From: a virus
Taxonomy: Duplodnaviria; Caudoviricetes
Strand: one strand, 5' to 3'
Virus record (IMG/VR): IMGVR_UViG_3300044699_000043
Span: 1-48,669 of that record
DNA: 48,669 nt
The notes beneath the pieces are model-generated. The model had not been told where the DNA came from, did not search any database, and saw nothing but the letters and a program-made list of their open reading frames with translations. The position numbers and the translations under genes are program-made. Positions 1 through 10,737 of this stretch are shown one piece after another; within the stretch, counting starts at the first letter, position 1, and every line of letters starts with the position of its first letter.

Positions 1-3000
1 GAGGCGAATGCGATCGTCGAAATCGATTAATCTCTGAGGGGAACTCACGGTTTTACGGGCCAATCGCGGAGGCCTGCCTCCGAATAGACGTATGTATAGG
101 AGATGCCGTCGATCGAAATATCGTTAACCCCTAGTATCGAACTCCCTCAATGCGAAAAAACACAATGCTATGCCACACAACCGCCGACGCTATCGCAATA
201 TTAGCGAAGCGGAAGAGTATTTCGGAGAAGTTTGAGTATTGACATTTCGGTAATTGACGCTAGGATCGTCAAGTAACATAGCGATCGCGGGACCGATTTG
301 ATGGCATTGCGGAAGATAAGTTACTTGAATCGTCTATCCGGGTGCGAACATGCTAGTACGAACAAAGCTGCGGCAGTCGGAAAAACATCAACGCATCGAT
401 TCTGCGGACGTCGCCAAGAGTTTCTACCACCTACAAGAAAATGAATTGACGACTCGAGCCGCGGAAAATTGATTTGCCATTTCGTTGACTTGACGGGTCG
501 ATCGGCGATTTTTTCCAGGGTAGACCAACGTAAGTGGGCAAATCTTGGCTTTACACCAAGCACGTTCGCTGGAAGGAAGGCGGATCATGGCGTGTCGTCA
601 TTCAAACGCTTTCTTAGCGCGACTCCCGGCGGCCTTCTTACAAGCTCGCTGTGGTCTTCCCGTTGCGACTTCCAAAAGCGTTCTTCTTGAAGGGACATAG
701 AGGAGTCGAATTTCGATGACCTGTCAGCGATGCAGTCCTGCTGCGAGTTGCATAGACTGTTAGATCCTGCAGATCATGATGGACTACGTGTTGGACGCAA
801 AATTATAGCGTGGAAGATCGATTCGCGCGCTCGGCATCGGGGAAGGGGAACTTTCGATTCTACCATACTCAAGCTTCACGAAAGAGACGAGGTGAAATCG
901 CTAGAGTATTCGCTGGGAACGGCGGCGTCGGATCGATCATATGTATCCTCTACTTTGAACGTTGATCTCACTCGGTCTTTGATATGGTCTCAGTTCCTTG
1001 GAGTGATAACAGATTTCGCGGTGGATCAAAGAGCAGCGAACTCGCATGTAGCTGTAAAGTCTTGTGTTTTAGTCGAGGATCGGCTCGAGGAAGGCGTCCA
1101 TGTTTGTAGATCGTCTCGATCATGAAGTTGATCTGGACAACACTAGTGAAGCAGTAGTACTGCACACGGAAGATGAAGTGCATCAATGAGTCACACGAAG
1201 GTCATACTCGTCGCCGAGATTAGGAATTTTGATACATTTCGAATGTTTGCCTCATCGCCCACCTATGAGTCCGAGGGAAAGACGGGTGTTGAGATTTGAA
1301 TCGACAATGCGGGAATTGTTGTTTGCATAGATTCGACGTTTCTGCTGCTGGTTTTTAATTTTCTGATTGCAACGAATGCGACGACCCCGGTCGTCGAATC
1401 GGATTCCACATTCAAGGTGGACATGTCCCATCAGACTGGAATCTTCAGAGAGGATACAATCCGGAAGCCTCTAGTATCGGGGTATATTCCGTATCCAATA
1501 TCGATGACTGAGTCGGGGTGGACATCAACGACCTCGAACCACCACGCCGCGTGCAGAAGCATCCATTTGAGTCGTAGCTCAACAGAACACTAACGACTTG
1601 CTTGGTGTGGAATAGGGAAGGCGCCGACCAATCCCAATAAATAGATCTGGACTTAAGAAATCACCGCACAGTAGACCGAACCAAGACTCGAACCAATTCG
1701 ATTGTGCCCACCCAAGTCTACGCAGGCGATTACCGACTCTGTTCGGCGGACCGTAGAAACGCGGTTTCGAAATCCGTAAGTCAAGCGATGTATGGAGTTC
1801 GGTTCCGGCTTACGCATCGAGAGCGGCTTGAAGCGGTAATGATCGAGATCGATGAGTAAGGCTAGACGGCGATTTGGTCGAGCCAGCTGTCAAGCTATCC
1901 GAGACATATGCGATTGACTGCGTACTGACTAGTCGCGGCTTTACGTAAATTATGAAGTACGGTCCGTTCGCCCACGACATGAGAGAGACCAAGCAGAGCG
2001 ACAACGTCGCCAGCGGACGGCAAGCCCATTACGATTCGATGCAACCGAACGTCAACCAACGATTGTTGGTTTGATAGTGAAAGCAACCGTAATGACCGTA
2101 GGATCCCGAGTCGTAAGCTCTCACCACTCCGCAATCCTATCAGTCAATTGCCGCCGCATAGACAGGAAGCCCGTATAGACATTCGGAACGGAAGATCCCT
2201 TGGCGATCATTCGAACTGAACTGACGCCGGCGAACTCCTCGGAAGAAAGAAGTCGGAATTCTTACGGCGGCCTTGCGACGCATCACTTAAGAGCCGGTAC
2301 GTTCGGAAGGTGCGTCGCGCGAGATAGCATTGGCAAGCCCCTGCAGACGCTCAACTAGGATCGAGCAATCACTCCGTCGTACCGATCGAATTCTCGGCGG
2401 TAAATGTGATTCGACGGTTGGGATAGAGCCCTGGGCTTGCTGAAGTCGCTGTCGATCGAACTCGTAAGTCGAAACACCAGGGCATCTAACCATACCACTG
2501 AAATGCAGCCATTTGACGAGCAGTCCGCCTGACGGCCAAGTGAAGTTGCGAGATGCTGATAGTGGATTGACGGACCGCATCGTTGATTTTGCATGATGAA
2601 GTCGCCGGAAATGCCGGGTCGTCTTGCTTTGAGCAAGAAGCGAGAGGCATCGTGCGATCTCAGACCTTGAGGAAAGTCGTCGATTCGTGGCCTCATCAGC
2701 GGTACAGACCGACTAACGAAGAGACCGGGTACTTAAACAGAATTGAGCAGCTAGTCGTTAGTGAGTGCCACGTAATCCAGCTGGCAGACTACTCCGCCCG
2801 GGCCAGTAGTGGCCGTCATGCCCATGAGACCGATAGGGAACCCGTCGGCAGCACTCTACGGTGAGTGCTCGCCCCAGGCCCCCCCCCTGCCCCCCGCGGG
2901 AATTCACTGCCTTCGGGTACAGTTGGATCCCGTAGAGAGGTCTAGCCACACGGTCGTATCCCCGTCGGCATTGACAGCGGCCCAGGATAGAGCGGGTGAG

Positions 3001-3050
3001 AAATGTTCGGATCTGCTCGGCCTCCCGACCGCAAACTGACACCATCCTTG
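1..3050 (-). repeat. Degraded inverted copy of ~5,800-9,100 (fold-back; probable read artefact)
   Basis: 1-165 aligns by eye to the reverse complement of ~8,935-9,103. 2,761-2,815 (GTGAGTGCCACGT...GGGCCAGTAGTGGCC) matches the reverse complement of ~6,075-6,130. ~2,890-2,950 matches the reverse complement of ~5,940-6,010. Many indels and substitutions throughout. Confidence 0.9.
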
Positions 3051-4750
3051 TGCAGCGTGTAGAATAGCCTCACTACTTCATCTCGTACCTTCCCTTGTAA
3101 GGAAGACTCCACCTAGTCGAATGGTACCTATCCATTATGTGGTGACACGAATACCATATCATCGAATGAGTTCCACGATAGAGTTCTTAGTCTCAATAGT
3201 CCTTCCACATACTCGATTGAACGTTCATGAAATACTGAAGTGTCATATACGACCATAGCGCATTGCCTATCCTACAAGAACAACCAGCACATTTGTCATA
3301 AAACTCACACTTCATCCCAACTGTACCACACTAATAACATTTCAACCCTCTCTACTCCCCACTAATGCCCCATACTCTCGAGTCATCCTTTCTTATTCTC
3401 CACACCTAACATCTCTTCGACTCCCCCATCTTCTCATACCACAGTAAAGCCCTTCAACTTCATATGATCAACCTCCTCTTTCTTCAACTCACTACTTTAT
3501 ACTCCAATCCTAATCTTCAAATTCTAATCTATTAATCTGAACCCCACCTTACTAAACCAAGTAACTACAACCAACTCCTCCAATCAACCACAAACCCTTT
3601 CAATATTCACCATTCCACCGCTGAATAACTTAAAACCCCCCCCTCCACTCAAACCACTATCAAATCTAAGTATTTATAACTGATATAATATCTCACCCTC
3701 CCAAATTTACTCTATCAATCATATATACTATTCAATAACCTATACTCTATTCAACATATCATGACCCCTCCTACTCACTGCAAAACTACACCTCAACCCC
3801 ACTCACACATGTATTTCAATCTTTCAAAATTACTTACGCTGCCTTCTCAAAAACCTATCATCACCCATAATTAACCACCCACATACTGTAATCTCCTTCA
3901 CATCTAAACTCCAATCTCACCTGCCTCTTAAACTCGAACTTACCTAATCCCCACTTCCCTACTTCACATAACCACAATTACTACATACATGTTCCCAATT
4001 AAACTTTACATCGTCTCAACATCTCTCTCCACTCCATCCTTCCATAGCAACTCTATATCTGACAATACTCCTCACCCCTCTAACACTCAATTAACAACTC
4101 TCTCCAACTAAATCAATCTTTCTAATACTCAACGTTCACATCCTCACCGCTCTACCTCACGATCTATCATCCAATATTCTTAAGCCTTACAACTTTAATA
4201 AGTCTCTTATTCCTCAACTCATTATCAAAACAAACAACTATAATACTCTTCTGACTAATGTCTAAACCCCAAACTCACTCTGTAATTAAACATGTTCACG
4301 TCCCAAAATATCAACCTAAACCATTCAAACTTTTCTTCCTCCTCCACCCTATTGCCAACCACGTTTACTAGAATTTCAACACAAAACCACCACCACCTAA
4401 TATTTATATATCTATGCACCCCCCACTTTCATGTCAAATCATCAAAGAAAATCAACTTTTCCCTTCCCTTCCATTAGACCTTCATTTCAACTGCAGACAG
4501 GGCAATCTACATTTCCCACAACCTCTCTTTACCCACACTACCACTTCGACCACACAGCAGAACTCTAGCCACTCCACAACTACGAAGCTTGACCTCGTGT
4601 CCAACACAGCAACTTACTTCTAATCCACGTACATACCACCGCCCACAATCCTTATTCCAACGATGTTCACTCATCGTGCACCTGCGCCACACTCCGAGCT
4701 ATGAACATTCTTACCCATGTTCTCACACCATATTTGCTGTCATAGGTACT
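3050..4750. other. G-depleted C/A/T low-complexity tract around the fold-back centre (probable basecalling noise)
   Basis: Almost no G and no credible ORFs. Spans the symmetry axis (~4,450) of the inverted copy. Confidence 0.75.
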
Positions 4751-4778
4751 AATCACATTAATCTCGTCCATATCGCTC

Positions 4779-4859
4779 GATGCCTTGAATGCGATGCGCG
4801 GCTATAGTGGCGCCGAAGACTCCGAAACAGATTCGCAGTACGATGACTACCAAGATTAG
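4779..4859 (+). CDS. 3' remnant of a gene upstream of the HNH nuclease (5' part lost in degraded sequence)
   Basis: Reads DALNAMRGYSGAEDSETDSQYDDYQD* and overlaps the HNH start. Confidence 0.45.
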   Translation, partial: DALNAMRGYSGAEDSETDSQYDDYQD

Positions 4860-5259
4860 GACATATTCCGAGCTGTCCGAGTTGGAAACTTTCGAGGAAC
4901 GGTTCGAATACCTTGCTTTGCAAGGCGAAGTCGGCCATGAGACCTTCGGCTTCGACAGATGGATTAACCAACAGTTTTATCAGTCTCGACAATGGCGCCT
5001 TCTTCGACGAGACATAATTGCGCGAGACAACGCATGTGATCTAGGGGTGATCGGATACGAAATTCACGTTCGTCTGATTGTTCATCACATGAATCCTCTT
5101 CGACAAGGGGATATTGTCCACGGAACTCAGCATGCACTCGACCCAGAGTTCTTGATCTGCACAACACACGACACCCACAACGCAATTCACTATGGAGATG
5201 CGAGTCGTTTGGTAAAACCTTACGAACCGCGTAGGCCTGGAGACACTAAGCTCTGGTAA
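4843..5259 (+). CDS. HNH endonuclease (packaging-associated type)
   Basis: RDNACDLG...IVHHMNP...LICTTHDTHNAIHYG. Start taken at MTTKIRTY. Confidence 0.85.
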   Translation: MTTKIRTYSELSELETFEERFEYLALQGEVGHETFGFDRWINQQFYQSRQWRLLRRDIIARDNACDLGVIGYEIHVRLIVHHMNPLRQGDIVHGTQHALDPEFLICTTHDTHNAIHYGDASRLVKPYEPRRPGDTKLW

Positions 5260-5268
5260 GGAGTAAGC

Positions 5269-5604
5269 ATGGCGGCTAAGGGTAAGACTAAGCCCAAGGA
5301 TTCGAGCCGGAGTGGTACCTCATACACTCAGGTGGCTCAGGAAGTCCTCAACGGCAAGTGGGGCGACAACCCGGAGCGTGCTGATCGCCTCTCTGCTGAA
5401 GGCTACGATCCGGATGCCGTTCAAACAGAGGTAAATCGCCGTCTGGGTGGCGGAGCTCCGGCGGCATATCGGGATGATGTCGCCACCGTCGCTCTGCAGG
5501 TCACTCGCGGACAGTGGGGCGAGGATGCTGAGTGTCGACGTCGTCTGGAAGGCGCCGGTTACAACTTGTTCGAAGTTCAGGCCGAGATCGAAAAACGAGC
5601 ATGA
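5269..5604 (+). CDS. Stand-alone Cpl-7 (CW_7) cell-wall-binding repeat protein
   Basis: Two repeats, VAQEVLNGKWGDNPERADRLSAEGYD..VQ.EVN and VALQVTRGQWGEDAECRRRLEGAGYN..VQ.EI. RBS AAGGAG. Confidence 0.8.
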   Translation: MAAKGKTKPKDSSRSGTSYTQVAQEVLNGKWGDNPERADRLSAEGYDPDAVQTEVNRRLGGGAPAAYRDDVATVALQVTRGQWGEDAECRRRLEGAGYNLFEVQAEIEKRA

Positions 5605-5630
5605 TCTGGGAATAACTATAAGGAATCGCC

Positions 5631-6386
5631 ATGCGCACGATGTACGACTCGGTCACACCGACAAACATCCCGACGAATGCTGAGATGGTTGCCGGCTACA
5701 TCGACAAAGAACTCTATCGTTGGACTCAGCGAGACTGGGATCGTTTCCCCCACGCAGTCAAGGTCCGCATCGCAAGGTTGGCGACAACCAACGATGGGCA
5801 TGTGCTCGATGTCGAAGATCGGCTGGCAACTCCGGCTCAGGCACCGGGCTGGATTCGAATGCGTCGTGCTGCCGGCGCCGATCCGACCATTTACTGCAAC
5901 CGCTCAACCTGGCCGCAGGTCAATGCGGCCTGTGATGCTGCCGGTGTGGCAAGACCACACTACTGGATCGCAACTGGTACCCGTCAGGCAGTAATTCCCG
6001 CGGGGGCAGTGGCTGCGCAACACACGCTCGATTTCAAGCCGGCCGGGTTCCCCGGTACGGTCGACATTTCAATCGTGGCCGACTACTGGCCCGGCGTAGA
6101 TTCTGCACAGGAGGAAGACGTGGCACTCACAAACGACGATCTGCTCAAGTTCTGGTATCAGTACCCTGTCTCAACGATCGACGGTCAGTCGCTGAATGCT
6201 GGCCAGCTGATCGAGTCGACCTTCCTCAAGGTCGGTGCGATCTCGGATGCTCTCGCTGTCTTGCTCGAGAAGGCAACGGACGACCCGGGCATTACCGCGG
6301 ACTTCATCAAGCAGACAATCAACGAAGCGGTCGTCAACCACATCAGCATCACGGGCGAACTTCACGTTGGTCCCGTCGAGGGCTGA
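5631..6386 (+). CDS. Endolysin, GH25-like glycoside hydrolase with C-terminal extension
   Basis: MYDSVTP, VAGYID, VLDVE, PTIYCNRSTW, YWIA and VDISIV pattern. Adjacent to the Cpl-7 gene. Confidence 0.65.
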   Translation: MRTMYDSVTPTNIPTNAEMVAGYIDKELYRWTQRDWDRFPHAVKVRIARLATTNDGHVLDVEDRLATPAQAPGWIRMRRAAGADPTIYCNRSTWPQVNAACDAAGVARPHYWIATGTRQAVIPAGAVAAQHTLDFKPAGFPGTVDISIVADYWPGVDSAQEEDVALTNDDLLKFWYQYPVSTIDGQSLNAGQLIESTFLKVGAISDALAVLLEKATDDPGITADFIKQTINEAVVNHISITGELHVGPVEG

Positions 6387-6426
6387 CTGTCCGTCAAAAT
6401 GGCAGCATTTCAAGGAGGTGGGTTAG

Positions 6427-7734
6427 ATGCCCCTGGGTTCGGCGCTTACGAGTACGATCGACATCGACTTCAGCAGAGCCCAGGGCTCTAACCCAACCGG
6501 TCGCATCACATTTGAGCCGCCGAGAATTCGCATCGGTACGACGATGATCGCTCGATCCAAGGTTGAAGCGGTCTTGGCGAGTGGCTTGGCCACCATCAAT
6601 CTCGCGCGACTTCCTTCCGGAACGTACCGGGCTCGAGAAGAGATCGACGGCAAGGCTCCGTACGAATTCGACTTCTTTCTTCCGATGAGTTCGCCGGCGA
6701 CAGTTCAGTACGAAGAGATCGCCAAGGTTTCTTCCGTTCCGAATGTCTACACGGTTGTGCGTTCCGTCAATGGCGTTCTTCCCAATCCGATCACGGGCGA
6801 TGTTGCTGTGGCTGGAGGTGGTGGAGGAGCTACGACTCTGGATGCGCTGACGGACGTAACGGTTGCTTCGCCAATCAACGCACAATCGTTGGTTTACGAT
6901 TCGTTGGCATCTCAATGGCGTAATTTGCAGCTGACCGCTGGCGACGTTGGTGCCTCTGCGGTTGGTCACACACATTCGATTGCGAACGTGACCGGTCTTC
7001 AGACGGAACTTGACGGAAAAGCCGCGACTAGTCATACGCATTCAATCGCCAATGTCACGGGATTGCAGACAGCTCTCGACGCAAAGGCTCCGTCTAGCCA
7101 TACGCATACGATCTCGAACATTACCGGGCTTCAAGCCGCTCTCGATGCGAAAGCCGGAACCGAACACACGCATACATCGGCTGACATTACGGATTTCGAA
7201 ACCGCGGTTTCTACTGTCGCCGAAACGATTGCGGAAATCGTCGCTGGCGATCGAATGTTGGCCCCTCGAATTGTTCGAGTCAAGGATCGTTCGAAGCAGG
7301 GTGCTGGAGATTTCTATAGTCTTCCCGATACAGGAAGTTCTTGGACATTGTCCGGCGCCTTACCCGAATACACGATCCAAGCAAACGTCGGTGATGATAT
7401 CGAGTTGGACTACGACTTCCAAATGGATCAACATGCTACGGCGGTCGTGGATTTCGCTGTCGTTACTGGGTCCACCCCGACTCTTCATCGATATTTTGGA
7501 AGCGGAGATAGTACCCCAACCTACGATGGGCTTCCGGGAATTTATCCAGCCAGTGAGAGATTCCAGGGTCTGAATGGATCCACCGGGTTGACTGTGGAAT
7601 CCGGAGATCTCGACTCTGGGTTCGTTCGCATTCGTTGGGCAATCAAAACCAGCGCAGATAACGGTCGAATCTATGCGAACAACAATTCCCCATTGACGAT
7701 TCATATCGTCAACACCCGACTTTCCGGGCTCTGA
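6427..7734 (+). CDS. Fibre-like virion protein with HxH phage-tail repeats
   Basis: Repeats HTHSIANVTGLQxxLDxKA, VRSVNG motif and Gly linker. RBS AAGGAGG. Confidence 0.75.
   Translation: MPLGSALTSTIDIDFSRAQGSNPTGRITFEPPRIRIGTTMIARSKVEAVLASGLATINLARLPSGTYRAREEIDGKAPYEFDFFLPMSSPATVQYEEIAKVSSVPNVYTVVRSVNGVLPNPITGDVAVAGGGGGATTLDALTDVTVASPINAQSLVYDSLASQWRNLQLTAGDVGASAVGHTHSIANVTGLQTELDGKAATSHTHSIANVTGLQTALDAKAPSSHTHTISNITGLQAALDAKAGTEHTHTSADITDFETAVSTVAETIAEIVAGDRMLAPRIVRVKDRSKQGAGDFYSLPDTGSSWTLSGALPEYTIQANVGDDIELDYDFQMDQHATAVVDFAVVTGSTPTLHRYFGSGDSTPTYDGLPGIYPASERFQGLNGSTGLTVESGDLDSGFVRIRWAIKTSADNGRIYANNNSPLTIHIVNTRLSGL
6967..7200 (+). repeat. Coding tandem repeat, 66-nt (22-aa) period, ~3.5 copies
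   Basis: HTHSIANVTGLQTELDGKAATS / HTHSIANVTGLQTALDAKAPSS / HTHTISNITGLQAALDAKAGTE / HTHTSADITDF. Confidence 0.85.
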
Positions 7735-7752
7735 CTCCAGAGGAGGTGGGCG

Positions 7753-8133
7753 ATGAGCGAAAGCATTCTGAAAAGTATCAAGAAGGTTCTGAATCTCGGC
7801 GACGATTATGACGTCTTCGATGTGGACACGTTGATGCACATCAACTCCGTGTTCAGTACACTGCATCAGCTAGGTGTTGGTCCCGATCAAGGCTTCATGA
7901 TCGAGGACGATCTACAAACATGGGACGCCTTCCTCGGAGCCGATCCTCGACTGAACAACATCAAGACTTACATCTATCTGCGAGTTCGTCTGCTCTTTGA
8001 TCCTCCTCAAACTGGTTATCACACCAAGGCACTGGAGGACCAAATCAAAGAGCTCGAGTGGAGGATCAACGTTCACAGAGAGGATACGAAATGGATCGAT
8101 CCGACGCCTCCGGTGGTCCCGATCGAGGAGTGA
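7753..8133 (+). CDS. Putative head-to-tail adaptor/connector
   Basis: SILKSIKKVL...HINSVFSTLHQLGVGP...YIYLRVRLLFDPP...ELEWRI, a conserved siphovirus family. RBS AGGAGG. Confidence 0.6.
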   Translation: MSESILKSIKKVLNLGDDYDVFDVDTLMHINSVFSTLHQLGVGPDQGFMIEDDLQTWDAFLGADPRLNNIKTYIYLRVRLLFDPPQTGYHTKALEDQIKELEWRINVHREDTKWIDPTPPVVPIEE

Positions 8134-8465
8134 CGTCGGTCGTCGATTTCCTCGAGCACTATGGCGTGAAGGGCATGAAGTGGGGTAAACGAAAGAATGC
8201 CCCATCCGCCGATGCTGCGGCTGCGAATTCGATTCGAACCACGGCGAAAAAGAAGGGCGTCCACACAGTATCCAACAAGGATCTGCAGGATGCTATCAGG
8301 CGAATGCAACTCCAGCAGGACTTCAAGCGGCTGACGGTCAACGAGAAATCGCCGGTCGCTCGATGGATCGCTTCAACGCTGTTGGAAGTCGGCAAGCGGG
8401 AAGTCCAGCAGCGAGCTGTGAAGAAGGCCGCCGGATTCGCGGCTAAGAAAGCGGTGGGTGCATGA
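8130..8465 (+). CDS. Small basic protein with N-terminal LEHYGVKGMKWG motif
   Basis: GTG start overlaps the previous stop (GTGA). HYGVKGMKWG motif. Confidence 0.75.
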   Translation: MTSVVDFLEHYGVKGMKWGKRKNAPSADAAAANSIRTTAKKKGVHTVSNKDLQDAIRRMQLQQDFKRLTVNEKSPVARWIASTLLEVGKREVQQRAVKKAAGFAAKKAVGA

Positions 8466-8965
8466 GCGACTCGGCCATGATCGCCTTCCTTCCCACGAAC
8501 GGGTCTTGGTGTAAGCAAGATTTCCCGCACATGACGTTGGTCTACGCCGGAAAAATCGCCGATCGACCCCTGTCCGAGTTCAACGAAATGGCCAAGGATG
8601 CAATTTCCGCGGCTCGAGTCGTCAAATCATTTTCGTTGAATGTGGTGGGGGTCGAAACTCTTGGCGACGTCGGCGAAGAAGTCGATGCGTTGATGTTGTT
8701 CCCGACTCCGCAGCTTTTGGTTGCGTACAACATGGTGTCGGCACGCTGGGATAAGAGCGAGTTCAAGGGAAACTATCTTCCGCATGCCACAATCGGTCCC
8801 GCGGGATCGGCGTATGTACAAGACGATCCTCTCGTCAATACCGACGAAGTCAGCTACTCACAACGTCGTCGAAATACTCTTCCAGCTTCGCTATATTTCG
8901 ATCGTCTTGCGGTTTGTTGGGGCGATAGCAAGATGTTTTTCGCATTGAGTGAGTTCGATTACTAG
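8462..8965 (+). CDS. 2H phosphoesterase (2'-5' RNA ligase-like / Acb1-like)
   Basis: Two HxT motifs, PHMTLVY and PHATIG, ~85 aa apart. Confidence 0.8.
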   Translation: MSDSAMIAFLPTNGSWCKQDFPHMTLVYAGKIADRPLSEFNEMAKDAISAARVVKSFSLNVVGVETLGDVGEEVDALMLFPTPQLLVAYNMVSARWDKSEFKGNYLPHATIGPAGSAYVQDDPLVNTDEVSYSQRRRNTLPASLYFDRLAVCWGDSKMFFALSEFDY

Positions 8966-8975
8966 GGGGTGAACG

Positions 8976-10721
8976 ATGACTTTGTCGAACACGGCAACTC
9001 CGTATTACTACGGTCAATTTCGGGAGGCAGTCCTCCGGGGCGATATTCCGGTAAACCGTGAGATCTCCGCGGAGATGAATCGAATCGACGATCTCATCGC
9101 CAACCCGAACATCTACTACGATTCCAAAGCGGTCGAAGGCTTCGTTCTCTATTGTGAGGGCGAATTGACTTTGACGGATGGTACCGACCTCCATCTGTTA
9201 CCTACATTCAAGTTGTGGGCGGAACAGATATTCGGTTGGTTCTTTTACGTCGATCGATCTGTTTGGACTCCGAACGAAGACGGTAAGGGCGGCTCTTACG
9301 TAACCAAAACGATTAAGAAAAGGTTGACTAACAAGCAGTTTCTGATCGTTGCTCGTGGCGCTGCCAAATCCATGTACGCCCAGTGCATCCAAGCGTTCTT
9401 CTTGAACGTCGATACATCTACGACTCATCAAATCACAACAGCGCCAACGATGAAGCAGGCCGAAGAAGTGATGGCTCCTTTCAGAACGGCCATCACAAGA
9501 TCTAAAGGTCCGCTGTTCAAATTCTTGACTCAAGGGTCGATGCAGAATACGACGGGAAACAGATTTCTTCGTCAGAAACTCGCGGCGACTAAGAAGGGTA
9601 TTGAGAACTTCCTAACGGGAAGCCTTCTCGAGATCCGACCGATGTCGATTGCGAAGCTTCAAGGTCTTCGCCCGAAAGTTTCCTCTATCGACGAGTGGCT
9701 TTCCGGCGATATTCGAGAAGACGTCGTTGGTGCTATCGAACAGGGCGCCTCAAAGCTTGATGACTGGTTGATCGTCGCCATCAGTTCTGAGGGTACTGTT
9801 CGAAATGGGTCCGGCGATACCATCAAGATGGAGTTGGCAGAGATTTTGAAGGGCGAGTATCAGGCGCCTCACGTTTCTATCTGGCATTACAAGCTCGATG
9901 AGCTGGAAGAAGTAGCCGATCCCGAAATGTGGGTGAAGGCTCAGCCGAACATTGGGCGAACCGTAACTTACGAGACTTATCAGCTCGATGTGGAACGGGC
10001 CGAGAAGGCCCCGGCCGCTCGAAACGATATCTTGGCGAAGCGATTCGGGATTCCGATGGAAGGCTACACTTACTTCTTTACGTACGAAGAAACACTCGCG
10101 CACAACCGCGTAAACTTCTGGGAAATGCCGTGTGCTTTGGGCGCGGACCTTTCGCAGGGCGACGACTTCTGTGCTTTCACATTCCTATTCCCGATGTCTC
10201 GCGGTCGTTTCGGAATCAAGACGCGAAGTTATATTACGTCGCTGACGCTGATGAAGCTTTCCGGAGCTTTGCGTCACAAATACGATGAATTCAGGCGCGA
10301 GAATAGTTTGCATGTGTTTGAGGGAACCGTCTTGGACATGATGGAAGTCTACGACGATCTCGACAATCACATGCAGGAGATGCGCTACGACGTTCGTGCT
10401 TTTGGGTACGACCCGTACAACGCAAAAGAATTCGTAACTCGATACGAAGCCGAGAACGGTCCGTTCGGAATTGAGAAAGTTCCACAGGGAGCTCGGACAG
10501 AATCGGTTCCCCTCGGGGAATTGAAGAAGCTGGCCGAGGAACGGTTGCTCATATTCGATGAGGGTCTAATGACTTTCACAATGGGCAATGCTATCACTCT
10601 CGAAGACACGAATGGTAACCGCAAGCTTCTGAAGAAACGAACTGAGGAAAAAATCGACAACGTGGCGGCCCTGATGGACGCCTATGTGGCCTACAAAGCA
10701 AACAAGGAGGCGTTTGAGTGA
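8976..10721 (+). CDS. terL: Terminase large subunit
   Basis: Walker A-like VARGAAKS, Walker B SIDEW, nuclease motifs GADLS..DD, GYDPYN and KIDNVAALMDA. Confidence 0.93.
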   Translation: MTLSNTATPYYYGQFREAVLRGDIPVNREISAEMNRIDDLIANPNIYYDSKAVEGFVLYCEGELTLTDGTDLHLLPTFKLWAEQIFGWFFYVDRSVWTPNEDGKGGSYVTKTIKKRLTNKQFLIVARGAAKSMYAQCIQAFFLNVDTSTTHQITTAPTMKQAEEVMAPFRTAITRSKGPLFKFLTQGSMQNTTGNRFLRQKLAATKKGIENFLTGSLLEIRPMSIAKLQGLRPKVSSIDEWLSGDIREDVVGAIEQGASKLDDWLIVAISSEGTVRNGSGDTIKMELAEILKGEYQAPHVSIWHYKLDELEEVADPEMWVKAQPNIGRTVTYETYQLDVERAEKAPAARNDILAKRFGIPMEGYTYFFTYEETLAHNRVNFWEMPCALGADLSQGDDFCAFTFLFPMSRGRFGIKTRSYITSLTLMKLSGALRHKYDEFRRENSLHVFEGTVLDMMEVYDDLDNHMQEMRYDVRAFGYDPYNAKEFVTRYEAENGPFGIEKVPQGARTESVPLGELKKLAEERLLIFDEGLMTFTMGNAITLEDTNGNRKLLKKRTEEKIDNVAALMDAYVAYKANKEAFE

Positions 10722-10737
10722 CGAGAGGAGGTAGCGG

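Noticed and set aside
1-4750. ORFs in the track within the first 4.7 kb
   Set aside because: They lie in a degraded inverted copy or low-complexity noise and have no credible protein features.
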